A DNA stretch of 64,000 nucleotides from assembly GCA_014905635.1 (NCBI GenBank), contig JABVCE010000002.1, positions 1,488,001 through 1,552,000 on the forward strand, in the 5' to 3' direction. The translations under genes were made by a program, and so were the position numbers. Numbering within the stretch: the stretch's first letter is position 1; each line of letters opens with the position of its first letter. Origin of the DNA: Scenedesmus sp. PABB004 (taxonomy: Eukaryota). This document shows, one piece after another, positions 12,509 through 24,800 of this stretch. The notes under the pieces were generated by a model that searched no databases, had not been told where the DNA came from, and worked only from the letters and a program-made list of their open reading frames with translations.

Positions 12509-13752
12509 ATGCTCGCGCCGCGCCACCGCGTCGCCGCGGCCTCGGCCGCCGCCGCGCGCGGCCGCCCGGGCCAGGCCCCTCCCCTCGTGCCGGCCCCGCG
12601 CCCCTGCAGGCGCCCGCGCCGCGCGCCGCCGCCGCCCGCCGTCGCACCCGCGGCCGCCGCCGCGGCGGCAGCGGCGGCCGTGCTGCTGCTGGCGAGCGGC
12701 GCGCCGGGCGGGGCGCAGCGGCTGCCCGAGGGCCTGCCGCCGGGCGCGGCGGCGCCCGCGCCACCACCGCGCGGCATGCCGCGCCTGCCCACGCCGCCGG
12801 GCCTCGCGCCGGCGCCGCCGCTGGCGCCGCTGCCGGTGCCGGAGCAGCGCGCCCCGCCGCTGGTGCCCAGCCCGCCGCCGCCGGAGCTGCCGCCGCAGCT
12901 GCTGCCGCCGGCGAACCCGGGCGGCGCCGCGCCGCCTCTGAAGCTCATTCCTGAGGCGCCCCCGAGGGCGGCGCGGCGCGGCCGACTGCGGCCGACGCGG
13001 TGCAGGGCCCCGGCGGCGCCGGCGACGAGCCCGGCACCGGCTTGCTCGCCCGGTTCCGAGCACGGCAGGCCAGGCAGGCGCGCTGGCGCGACGCGCTCCT
13101 GGCGGCCGCGTTTGCCGAGGGCGGCGCCGCGCCGGTCGCGCTAGCGGAGCCGCCGGCGCTGCCGCCGCTCGGCGACGCGCCCCCGCCGCCGGCACTTGCG
13201 CTCGGCCACGGCCAGGCCGCCGCGGGGCCGCGGCGCCGCCCGGCGGCGCTGGCGGCGGCCGCCGTGGAGGCCGCGCGCGGTGCGCCCGCTGCACAGCAGG
13301 AGCCGCTGCCGCCAGCGCCGGCGCCGACGGCCGCACCCGCGCCAGGCGGCAGCGGCGACGACGCCGAGGCGGGGCGCAGCAGCGAGCGCGGCCCGGGCGC
13401 GCAGCGCCCCGGGCCGCGCATCCCAGGCCCGCCAGGCGCGCCCGCGCCGTCGCTGCCGCAGCGCTCGGCCGCGCTGGCGCAGCTCACCGACGCCGCGTCG
13501 CGGCTCGTCGACGCACTCGCGCGCCTGCTCGCGCTCGCGCTGCGCGCCGCCGTCGCGGTGACGGCGGAGGTCGTCAAGCTTGCAGTGCGGCTGCTCGTGT
13601 GGGCGGTCGACGCGGCGGGGCAGGCCGCCTCGCGACGCGTGCAGGCCGCGCGCGAGCACGGCGCGGCGGCGCTCGCCGGCGCGGCGGCGGGCGGCGGGGC
13701 GGCGGGCGAGGCGGGCGGCGGCCTGCGCGCGGGCGCCGCGCGGCTCGCGTGA
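12509..13752 (+). CDS. Hypothetical Pro/Ala-rich protein, possibly organelle-targeted, 2 exons
   Basis: ORFs 12509-13144 and 13000-13752 join through a putative 50-nt GC-AG intron (12956-13005). Arg-rich N-terminus and amphipathic C-terminal helices; no family recognised. Confidence 0.4.
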
Positions 13753-14076
13753 AAGGGCGTCACGACGGTGCGCCGTGGTTCCGTTGCGCCCTGGCGCCGG
13801 CGAGTTGGCTCGGTGGAGCACGCAGGGAGGGCAGGCGTTGTGCGAGTTGAAGCCCTCTGCACATGGCGATTCGTATCGCGCAGCAGCGCCGACCGCCCCG
13901 ACGCCCGGCGAGCGCCGCCGCTGCTGCCGCAGCCCGACAGCCGAAGCCGCAGCGCCGGGGGGCGTAATCAGCAGCCGGCCCGCCGGCAGCCGCGCGGCGC
14001 GAGACCAGGCCGCGCCGCTCGCGGCCGCTGCTCAAACCGGCGCCGCCGGGTCGCTCATGAGCCCGCGGCGGGCCGC

Positions 14077-16387
14077 ATGATCGACCTCACGAGCCCCAGC
14101 GACGATGAGCCGACGGGTGGGGCGCAGGAGGGGCAGTGTGGCCCAGCTCGCCGCGCGAGCAGCGGCATCGCAGCGCGCGCTGCGTGCGCCGCGCCGCTGC
14201 CGCTGGCTCAGGCGCGCCGCCGCCGCCACGCCGCCGCCGCCGCTCAGGCGCGCCGCCGGCGGGTCAGCCTGCGCTGACGGCGCTGACGGCGAGCGGCGGC
14301 AAGCCGGCGCCGGTGCAGCGGCTCACGTCGAAAAAGGCAGTGGCGCCGCCGCCTGTGCCACCTGCGGCAGCGGGTAAGGAGAACGGGAGCGCGAGCGACG
14401 ATGACGCCGACGCGTGGCGCATGGAGCCGCTGCAACGGCGCGTGCGCCGCGCGGTGGCGGAGGGCAGCCCGGAGCACAGCGGCGGGCCGGCGGCGGCAGC
14501 GGCGCCGCGCGCCAAGCGGCGGCGCAGCTCAGCGGCGGCGGCGGCAGAGGGCGACGGCGGCAGCTCGGACTTTGAGCCCGGCACGGCAGCGGCGCCGGAG
14601 CCGGCCAAGCGCGTGCGCGTGAGCGCGGGCGCGCGGGCGGCAGCCAAGGCGGCCGACAAGGCGCGCAGGGACGCCGAGCGCGCGGCCGCCAAGGTGTGCC
14701 GCCGCGCTGCGCTGTGCGCGCGATGCCGGGGCGCGCGGCCGCCGCGGCGGCGTTGCCGAGGCGCGCTGCCCGGGCGCCGCGCCCGCAGGCTGCCAAGGCA
14801 GATGCCAAGGCTGCCGCGCGGGCGGCGAAGCGCTTTGAGGCGTTTGCGGCGCGCAAGGCCCGCGGCGGGCTGCACGAGCTGGAGGTCGTGCTGCAGCTGG
14901 ACCAAGCCACCGCGGGCGGCGCGTTTGGCACCGCGCTCGCGGCAGAGCTGGAGCGGTCGCGCCGGACGCCCTGGCAGGTGGTGCCGTCGCTGCCGCTCAG
15001 CGGGCGCTGGCCGGGGTGCGCCTGCCTCGCGTTCAGGCGGCGCAGGCTCTGCGAGGCGGACGAGGCGGCGGCCAAGACGGTGCGGCGTGGCGTGGCGCGG
15101 CGCCGCGCGCGGCCCTGCCCTGGCGCTGGCGCGCGCGCCCCGCCGTCCCGAGCGCCGCGCCCGCGACGCAGGCGGGCACCGCGCGGCTGGAGGCGTTTGA
15201 GGAGGACGGCGCCGCGGCGCCGCCGTTTGTGCAGCTGGTGTTTGAGCAGCCCGGCCCGTTCCTGGACGAGCTGGCCAGGGACCGCCTGGCGGGCGTGGTC
15301 GCCGCGGTGGGCGCGGCGCACCCGCAGGGCGTCACGCTCGGTGTGGCCGTGCTGGGGCTGCGCGGCCACGTGCGGCGCGCCGAGGAGCAGGCCGGGCGCC
15401 AGGTGAGCGCGCGCGCTGCGCCGCCGCCGTGCGCCCGCCCGCCCGCGCCCTCGCGCGCAGGCCCTCTCAGCCGTCCCACCCGCCGGCGCGGCGCAGGGAG
15501 GCTCGGCGGCCTGGGACTGGCGGCGCGTGCAGGCGGCGCTGCTGGAGCTGCACCTCGCCACCCCGGGGCTGCTGCTCCGCGAGCTGGACGGCGCCGCCGA
15601 GGCGGCGGCACACGTCGTGCACAGCGCACGGGTGCGTGGGCTCTGCGCGCGCGGCGCGCCCCGGCGTGCCGCCGCCCGTCCCTGTGCCCCACGCCCACCC
15701 CCGCGCGCCGCGCGCTGCGCAGGCCATCGCGCAGCAGCCCTACTCGCAGGAGTCGCTGCTGGGCGCGCTCGCCGGCAGCGGCCCGGGCGCGGCGAGCAAG
15801 GCCGCGGCGGCGGCGATGGCCGCCGACCTCGGCGCGGCGCGCTGCAGCTTCGCGGTCAACACGCTGGGCCGCATCACCGGCGCCGGCAGCAACAGAGCCT
15901 GGGTGCGCGCGACAGGGCGTCGGCGCGCAGCTGCGCGGCCGGCGCGGCGGCGGGGCGCCGCCCGGCGCGAGCGCTGGCTGCGCGCGCTGGCTGCGCGCGC
16001 GGCGCGCCCACTCGCGCCCCGCCCCGGCCGCGCAGGCGGTCGCCAAGGCCCACCCCAGCCTCGGCGCGGTCATGCAGGCCTTTGATCGCGCGGCAGCAGA
16101 GTGAGCGCGGCCGGACGCGCTCGCGCCGGGGCGCTGGCCGCGCTGGCTGCGCCGGTGCGGCCGGCCCACCCCGCGCGCGCCCTCCGCCCGCCCGCGCGCC
16201 CGCTGCGCGCAGCCCCTGCGGCCCGGCGCCCGAGCTGCTCCTCGCCGACCTGACCGAGCCGGCGGCGCCGGGCAGGGCGAGGCCGCGGCGCGTGGGGCCC
16301 GCGCTCAGCCGCCGGCTGCACCTGCTGCTCACGAGCGACGACCCGGACGCCATCGTGGAGGGCGGCGACGCCGACGAGGCGGATTGA
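14077..16387 (+). CDS. EME1: Crossover junction endonuclease subunit EME1-like, about 8 exons
   Basis: Basic coiled region, then an inactive ERCC4-like domain (VQAALLELHL...AAHVVHSARAIAQQPY), HhH-like region (LGRITGAGSNRAWAVAKAHPSLGAVMQAF) and the EME1-type C-terminus LLADL...RRVGPALSRRLHLLLTSDDP. Confidence 0.8.
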
Positions 16388-16839
16388 GGCGGGGACACGC
16401 GCGGCGGGTCGGCTGCTGCGTCGGCGGCGCGGCGCTGCAAGACGCGCTGCGGGCGGGGAGCGTCACAGCTGCAGTTACCCCGGCGCACCGCGGCGGCCGC
16501 CTCGCGCCAGCGCCGCAGCTGCCCGGCGCTGCGCTCGCAGCCCCACCGATCACGAAGCGAGGGCGGCGACCAGCGCTCGCCCGCAGACGCGCGCACACAC
16601 GACGTCGGCCGGCGTGCGCCGCCGCCGTTCATTCGCGCCAGCCCACCCCGAACGACCATCCTGCTGCCTAGGGCCTAGAAACCCAGCGCCCGCCCTTGCC
16701 CTCGCAGCCCGCCCTCGCCCGACGGCCGGCGGCCGGCGGGCAGCCAGCGAAGGAGGCGCCCGCCGCACCGCCGGCCGGGCCCCTGCCGCCGCCCCGGCCG
16801 GGCGCGCGCCCGGCCGGGGCGGCGGCGTGGTGCGGTCGC

Positions 16840-19476
16840 TTAGTCGTCAAACTTGGTCTTCTTGCCGCTGCCGCCGGCGCCAGAGTCGATGCGCATGCCG
16901 CCGCGCCCGCGGCCGCGGCCGCCGTCGCGGCCGCCAAAGCCGCGGCCGCCGCCGCGCCCGCCGCGGTCGCCGCGGCCGCCGCCGCGCCCGCCAAAGCCGC
17001 CGCGGCCGCCGCCGCGGCCGCCAAAGCCGCCGCGGTCGCCGCGGCCGCCGCCGCGGCCGCCAAAGCCGCCGCGGCCGCCGCCGCGGCCGCCGCCAAAGCC
17101 GCCGCCAAAGCCTCCGCCGCCGCCGGGGGTGCGGGGCGCGACGTTGATGTCGACCTTCAGGTACCCGCCGGCGGCCTCGGTGCCGTTGAGCTCGCCCGCC
17201 GCGGTCTTGGCCTCGGCCGAGCCAAACTCAATGTAGGCGATGCCCTTGAGCTCGCCGCTGTCGCGGTCGGTGGGCAGGCGGATGTTGACGATCTCGCCGC
17301 ACTCGCCAAACGCCTCGGTCAGCGCCGCGCGCGCGGCGTCCTCGCCCTCTGCGGGCGCGCGGGGAGGGAGGGAGGGAGGCGGGGGGGAGGGGCGTGAGCG
17401 CGCGGCGCGGCAGCAGCGGCGGCGGCGCGGCCAGCGCGCGGGCGCGGCGCGCGCGCGTGCGCAGCCTCTCTCGTGCGTGCGCGCACGCACCCGAGGTGTC
17501 AAAGCCCTTCACAAAGATGGTCGTGCCCTCGGTCGGGCCGCCGCGGCCGCCGGGCGTGGCGGGCCGGCCGGCGCTGGAGTCGAGCTTCAGCGTGCGCCCG
17601 CCCAGCTCCGCCTCGCCGTTGAGCGCCACGGCCTTGGCCGCCGCGCCGGCGTCGGCAAACTCGACGTGCGCAAAGCCGCGCATCTTGCCTGTCTCCTGGT
17701 CGTACGCTGCGCGCGCGGCGGGGCGCGGCGGGCGGTCAGGGCGCATCCGGCGCGAGCAGGCGGGCGCGGTCAGGCGGCCCCGGCGGCCGCCGCGTGGCGG
17801 GGCGCGGGCGCGCACCGATGCGGACGCCGGTGACCTCGCCGCAGTCGGCAAAGAGGCCAGTGATGTCCTCCTCGGTCGCCGACCAGGGCAGGTTGCCGAC
17901 AAACACAGTCGTGCTGCCGGCCGCGGCGGCGGTGCCGTCGACGTCCAGGCGCTGCTTCTTGGCGGCGGGCTGCGCGCGGCGCGGCGGCGGCGGGACGGCG
18001 GGCTGCGCGCAGGGTGCCCCGGGCGCAGCGGGCGCTGGCGGGCGCTGCGGGCGGCGGCGCTCACCGTGGCCTCGGCGGCGCCCTTGCGCTTGGCGTCCTT
18101 GGCGGGCGCGTCCTCCATCTCCTCGTCGTCGCTCTCCTCCTCGTCGTCGCTGTCGTCGCTGTCCGCGGCGGCCTTCTTGGCGGCGGGCTTGGCCTCCTCC
18201 TCGTCGCTGCTGTCCTCGTCGTCGTCGTCGCTGTCGTCGCTGCTCTCGGCGGCGGCGGCGGCCTTCTTCGCGGCGGGCTTGGCGGCGGGCTTGGCCTCCT
18301 CCTCCTCGCTGCTGTCGTCGTCGTCGCTGTCGCTGTCGTCGCTGGACGACGCGGCCTGCAGCGGGCAGGGCGCGGGCGGGGCGTGGGCAGGGAGCGCGCG
18401 GCCAGGCGGGCGCCGCCACAGCGCGCGGGCGCGCGGCGGCGAGCGACCCGGACCCCGCGCGACCAGGGCGGGCGGGCGCGCCGGCGTCCGCCCACCGCGC
18501 AGCCCCGTCCCCGCACCTTCTTGGCGGCGGGCTTGGCGGCGGGCTTGGCGGCCGGCTTGGCCTCCTCCTCCTCGCTGCTGTCCTCATCGCTGTCGCTGTC
18601 CTCGTCGCTGGACGACGCGGCCTTCTTGGCGGGCGCAGCCTGGGCGCGCGGGGCGGGCGGGGGTGGGCCGCCGGCGCGGCGGGCCGCCGGCGCGGCGGGC
18701 CGCCGGCGCGGGCTTGGGCGAAACCCCAGTCGTCCCCGCGCGCACCTTAGCGGCCGCGCCGTTGGCGGCGCCCTTCTTCTTGGGCACCTCCTCCTCCTCG
18801 CTGGACTCGTCGGAGGAGTCGTCCTGCGGGGGCGGGCGGGCGGGCGGGCGGCGTCGGCGTCGGCCAAGCCGCGGGCGGGCGCGGCGGGGCAGCGCGCAGC
18901 CGCCGGCGCGCCCCGCGCCGCCGGCGCCCCGCCGCGGGCCGCCGCTGGGCGCGTCTGCGGGCGGGGCCGCCCCTGCGGCCGCCCGCCCCGCGCGCCGCCC
19001 GGCGCGGCGCCCGCACGCGCGCCGCGGGCTCGCGCGCACCTCGCTGCTGCTGGCGGGCGCGGGCGCGGCCTTGACGGTCTGCGGCGGGCGGATCGGCAGA
19101 CGGTACCGCTCAAACGGCGCCCGAGCGCGCGGGCGGCGCGGGCGCGGCGCGCAGGCGCCGGCCGGGGCGGCGGGCGGCGCGGGGCATGCCGGCGCCGGCG
19201 CGGGCGGCGGTGCGCGCCTGGTCCTTGGGCGACGCGTCCTCGCTGTCCTCGTCCTCGCTGGAGTCGTCGTCGCTGCTGGACGCGGGCTTGGCGGGCGCCT
19301 GCGCGCGGCGCGGCCGCCGGGCGTGTGAGCGCCCCGCGCGGCGCCCCGGGCGCCGCGCCGGCGGCGCGCCGCACCTTCTTCTTGGTCTCCGCCTTCACGG
19401 CGGCCTGCGCCGCGGCCTTGGCCTTCTTGGCGGCCGCCGGCGCGACCGCGGGCGCCTTGCCCTTCGCCTTGGCCAT
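16840..19476 (-). CDS. Nucleolin-like protein (acidic/Ser-rich repeats, 2 RRMs, RGG domain), about 9 exons
   Basis: Lys-Ala N-terminus, SSDDDSDSD repeats, RRM1 (VFVGNLPW...RGFAHVEF), RRM2 (IFVKGFD...KGIAYIEF), GGRGGFGG repeats, KKTKFDD end. Confidence 0.93.
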
Positions 19477-19858
19477 GCTGTCGACGGGGCGGCTGTCGCG
19501 GGCGAGAAAGAGGGACGCGAACGAGCCGCGCGCCGGGGAGAGGGCGGCGCACGGCGCTGCGCTGGCACTAGAGGCGGCGGCGCCGCCGTCACGGGCGGCG
19601 CGTCAGTGCCGGCGGCTGCGGCAGCGCCCAGGCGGCACCCGTGCGCGGGGCGTGACCGGGAGCTCGGCGCGACACACACGCGGTGGAGCGCCGCCCCGCC
19701 GCCGCGGCCCGTGGGCCGCCGGGGGAGCTGCCGGCGCGCGCAGATGGCGGCAGCCTGGCGCCGGGCGGCGCGGCAAGCTGGGAGACGCGCTCGCTGCCCC
19801 GGCGGTCTGTGGCGCGAGTTGGGGGCGTCCTGACCGGGGCGGAGCAGTTGCAGCGCGC

Positions 19859-21815
19859 CTACGCGTCGTCGCCGCCGGCGCCGCCAGCTTCGGCCATCCG
19901 CGCCGCCGGGCCCCCTTCCAGGTGCTCCAGCGCCGCGCGCAGCACGAGCGCGGCGCCCTGCTTGCTGAGCACGGCGTTGTAGTTCTTGCAGTCCAGGTGC
20001 TGCACGCAGCAGGGGCAGCCCTTGGCGTAGGGGCAGGGGCACCCGGCCACGAGCGCCAGCGCGCGCCGCAGCAGCTCGGGCAGCAGCGGCGTCGCCTGCG
20101 CGGCGAGGCCGATGCCGCCGGGGTGCTTGTCGTACAGCAGGAGGCGCTCCGGGCGGAAGCGGGTGTCGTAGGGGTTGTCGCACTCGGTGCCCACGTCGGA
20201 CGCGTTGCACACAAGCAGCAGCGGCAGAGCGTTGAGCACCGCGTGCCCCGCCGCGTGCACGCCCTCCCGGAACGGCACGCCCGCCGCCTCGCAGCCGCGC
20301 CGCGCCGCCGGCGGGAGGCGGAGGTACGTCGCCTGCGCGCGTGGGCGCGCGGCGTGTGTGGCGTGCGCGCCGCCGTGCGCGCGTGCCGCGCCGCGCCCGC
20401 GCCGCGCCCGCGGGAGGGCGCCGCGCCGCGCCGCGCCGCGCCGCGCCCGCGCCTGCGTCTCAAAGGACGCGTCGGGGAGGAAGAGGTCGATGGAGTCAAA
20501 GACCTGCCCGCTCCCCGTGTGCACGCGGTGGTAGCCCAGGAAGCGGACCTGGACGCGGCACGGCGCGCGCGGGCGCGCGCGCGGCGGGCGAGGCGACGTG
20601 GGGCGGAGGAGAGGGGGGGGCTGCGCGGCGCGGCGGGCGCACCGTGACGACGCAGCCCTCGCACACCGCGCCGACGGCCGTGGGCGCAGCCGGCGACGGC
20701 ACCGCCGGCGGCGCGCCGGCGGCGCCCGCGCTGGCCGACTCCTGTTTCACCGCCGCCGCCGCCGCCGCCGCCACCGGGCCCGGCCCCTCCTCCTCGGCCT
20801 TGAGCGCCGCCGGCACGGCCCCGCCGCCGACGCTGGCGGCGCGGCGCGCCGCGATGGCCGCGAGCGCCGCGTGCGCGGTGGGGTACGCCACGCGGCCGCC
20901 AGTGACGTGGATGTCAGTGTGGTCCCGCACCTGCGACGCGGCGCCGCGGGGCCCGCGGCGCGTCTTCGCAGCAACACGCCGCGCGGCGCGCGCCGCCAGG
21001 GCCAGGCCCTGCCGCGGCGCTGCGTCCGCCGCCCGGTGGCGGCGCGCGCGCGCCGCGCCCACCCGCGTGTACCAGCGCAGGTCGGCCGGCCGGACGAGCG
21101 CGACGCGCGTCTCGAGGCTCAGCGCCGTGACCAGGTAGGTGCGCCCCTGGCGCGCGCCCGCGGCGGCGGCGGCAGCGGCGGCGCGGCGGCAGGTGGGCGC
21201 CCCCGCGCGCGCGCCCAGCGGCTCACCCCGCCCGCCGCCGGCCGGTCAGCATGCGGTCCGTGGGTCGAGCGGGCCAGGGCGCGGCTGCGGGCGTGGCGCG
21301 GCGTGGTGCGGCGGCGTGCGGGCGCGGGTCGCGCCTGGTACATGTACACGGCGCCGTCATAAATGGAGTAAAAGGCCTTGCTCGCCTCCACCTCCTCCAG
21401 CACGTTGTTGTCCACCTCGCTCACCTGGCGCGGCGGTTGCGGTGGCGGCGGCGGGTGACGCGCGGCCCCCGCGCGGGGGCGGCGTGCGCGGCCAGGCCAC
21501 TGCCCGGCGCCGTCCCGCCGAACCGCGCGCCGGCGCCGCTCACGATGGCAAAGCGCTCGGGGTCGATCGTGCGCAGCGACACCTCGGCCGCGGGGCTCGC
21601 TGCCGCGCCGGTGTAGTGCAGCGCGCCGAGGCCGGGCGGGTCGGAGGGGTGCCGCCCGAGCACCTCCGCGCGGCACAGCCGCGCCGCCGCGGCCGCGAGC
21701 GCGCCGGCGCCAAACAGCGGCCCGTCCAGGTCGGGGAGCAGCGGCAGCTCCGCGGCGGCGCAGCAGAGGTGGCTCGCGAGCACGATCGCGTTGCAGGGGT
21801 CCAGCTGCGCCCGCA

Positions 21816-21853
<38 letters not shown>

Positions 21854-24800
21854 TGGGTCAGCCGGGGTCGGCGGGGCAGCGGGGGGTCGGCGGCAGCGGG
21901 GCGCCGGCGCAGCGGGGCCGCCGCGCACCTGCGCGCTCTCAATCGGCCGCCCGAAGAGGTCCTGCGGGTGGCGCATGAAGTGCTGGTCCAGCGGGCCGTC
22001 AAAGCCCACGTACACGCTCACCGACTGCTGGCTGCGGGGCGCGGCGAGCAGTGATCGAGGTCGGGGCGAGGTCGGCCGGGGCGGCGGCGCCGGCGCGCCC
22101 CGCGCCGCGCCGCGCGCGCCTGCGCCGCCCCGCGCGGCCGGCCTGCTGCCAGAGCGACGCGACGCTGCCGGGGAAGCCGAGGTGCAGCGTGAGGTCGAGC
22201 GCGCCGACGTCGATGCCCAGCTCCAGGGCGTTGGTCGCCGCGACGGCCGTCTGCGGGGGGCGAGGAGCGCAGGGTGTGCGCGTGTGTGCGCGTGTGCGTG
22301 CGCGCGCGGCGCGTGTGGGACGGCGCGCCCGCCGCGCCGCAGCGCGCAGCGCGCCGCGCCGCACCAGCGCGCCGCTGTGCAGGTCAGCCTCGAGCGCGCG
22401 GCGCTGCGCGGGCGAGTAGCCGCCGCGGTAGACCTTCACCCGCGCCGCCGCGGCGGGGCCGCTCGAGGCCTTGAGGTTCTCCCGCGTGTACCCCGCCACG
22501 AGCTCGCAGAGCTTGCGGCTCTTGCAGAACGCGATCGTGCGCAGGCCGTGCTGCACCGCCTCGGCGAGCAGCAGGCTGAGCTCCACGATCGGGCTGCCGC
22601 GCTGCTGGTCCGCGGGCGTGCCCGCCGCGCCAAAGCGCTCCTTGAAGCCCCCGCGCGGCGGCAGCGCCGCCTCGATACGGCGCGCGAGCTCCGCGTCGAG
22701 CCCCGCCGCCGCGCGCCCGCCGACGGACGCGCCCGACGCGCCGCCGCGCTGCAGCGGCGCCGGCGAGGGCCGCGCGCCAGAGGCGGCGGCGGCGGCGGCG
22801 GCGCGCCGGCCGCCCGGGCCGACGGGCCCCGCCGCCGCAGCGACCGCCGCCAGCGCGTCGCGCGCCACCTGCTGCTGGTGCCGGCTCAGCCTGCGCGGCG
22901 GCTCGGCGTCGGCCGCCGCCGCCGCAGCTGCTGCCGCTGCCGCCTGCTGCCCCTGCTGCCCCTGTGGGTGCTCCTCCTGCTGCGGGTCCCGCTCCGCCTG
23001 CTGCCCTGCGGGTCCCGCTCCGCCTGCTGCCTGCGGGTCCCGCTCCGCCTGCTGCCCCTCTCGCTCCTCCTGCTGCTGGTCCTGCTCCATCTCCTGCTGC
23101 CCCTCCCGCTCGTCCTGCTCCGGCCACTCCCCCGCCGCGTCGCCGCCAGCCGCGGCCGCGGCGGCCGCCGCCGCGGCCAGGTCGGCGCCGCCCGCGGCGG
23201 CCAGGGCCACGCCCGCGCTCTGGGGCTGCTGCCCAAACAGGAAGGCCTTGGCCGCCCCCGCCGCGGCGCCGCGCTGCACCGCGGCTGCCCACTCGGCCTC
23301 GGTCACGCCCGCGGCGGCGTTGAGCGCGACGCCGCGCCGCCGCGCCGACGTGCCCTCGCGCGCCGCCACGCGCGCGATCTCGCGCTGCAGCTTGCGGCTG
23401 CCGCCGCGCATCTCGGTGCGCGTCAGCACAGCGCGGCCGCCGCCGTCGCCGCCGTCGCCCGCCGCGAGCGCCTGCTGCGCCGCCCAGGTGAGCGGCGGAT
23501 TCCAGAGCACGAAGCCCTTGGGCCCGTGCGGCGAGCCGTCGCTGCCGCTGTCGACCAGCGCCAGCTCCTCGCGGGCCAGGCCGAGCAGCAGCGCCGCGTG
23601 GTCGAGCGGGTTGGCGATCGTCGCGCTCGTCACGACAAAGCGCGGCGCCGCGCCGTACAGTCGCCCCGCCACGCGGCGCAGGCGACGCAGCACGAGCGCG
23701 GCGTGGCAGCCAAACACGCCGCGGTAGGCGTGGCCCTGCGCCCGGGGGCGCCGCGGCGCGGCGCGGCTCAGCGGGGCAGCGGCGGCGGCGACGGGCCGCG
23801 GCGGCGGCGGCGGCGACCGGCGGCGGCGGCCGGCGGCGGCGGCCGGCCTGCCCTCTCTCTCTCGCCCGCGTGCCCGCCCGGTCACCTCGTCCACCACGAC
23901 GAGCGTCAGGTGGGTCAGCAGGCGTTCAAAGGCGCGGTGCGCGGGCAGGATCGACTGGTGCAGCATGTCGGGGTTGGTGATCAGCAGCTGCGCGCGCCCC
24001 CGGATCGCGGGCCGGTCCGCCTGGGGCGTGTCGCCGTCGTACACCTGGCGCGGCGCGGCGCCGCCGGCGGCCAGGGGGCTCGGCGGCGCCGGCGGGAAAC
24101 GTGCAGCGCGCGCGGCGGGGTCGGGGCGTGCAAGCGCGCACCTCCACGCACGGCGCGTCGGGCCCAAACGCGTCCGCGAGCATCGCCCGCAGCGCGCGCA
24201 GCTGGTCCTGCGCCAGCGCCTTGGTGGGAAACATGAGCAGCCCGCACGCCTGCAGGCCCGTGGCGGCGGCGGCGGCGGCGGCGGGGCGGGCAGCAGCCCC
24301 TTGTCAGCAGGCGAGGAGGCGCGGCGGGGGCGGGGCGCGGCGCGCGGTGAGCTGCGCGCGAGCTGCGCGCGAGCCGCGCGCGCGCGGCCGCCGCGCCTCG
24401 CGGTCGGCGGCGAGCGCCTCAATCAGAGGCACGATGTAGCACAGCGACTTGCCGGACGCCGTCGACGTGGCGATGACCGCGTGGCGCCCGCCCACGAGCG
24501 CGTCGACCGCGGCGGCCTGGTGGCGGAACAGCCGGCGCACGCCGCGCGCTGCGAGCGCGCGCCGCGTCGGCTCGGAGAGCGGCGACCGCGGCTCCGCGTA
24601 GGCCGCGACGCGCGCGGGCATGTGGCGCACGTGCGCGACCTGCGGGCGTGGGGCGGCGCCGGTGTGGCGCCCAGGGGGCCAGCCAGTGCGAGCGGCCGCG
24701 CTGGACAGCCGATTCGGTGCGTGGGCGCGCGGGCGGGCGGGGGCGCCGGCAGCCCACCTGGCCCTGGTACCAGCTCAGGCTCTGCAGGTGCTCCAGGAAG

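Noticed and set aside
16895..17125. Strongly periodic GC repeats
   Set aside because: Explained by the RGG/FGGRGG coding domain of nucleolin.
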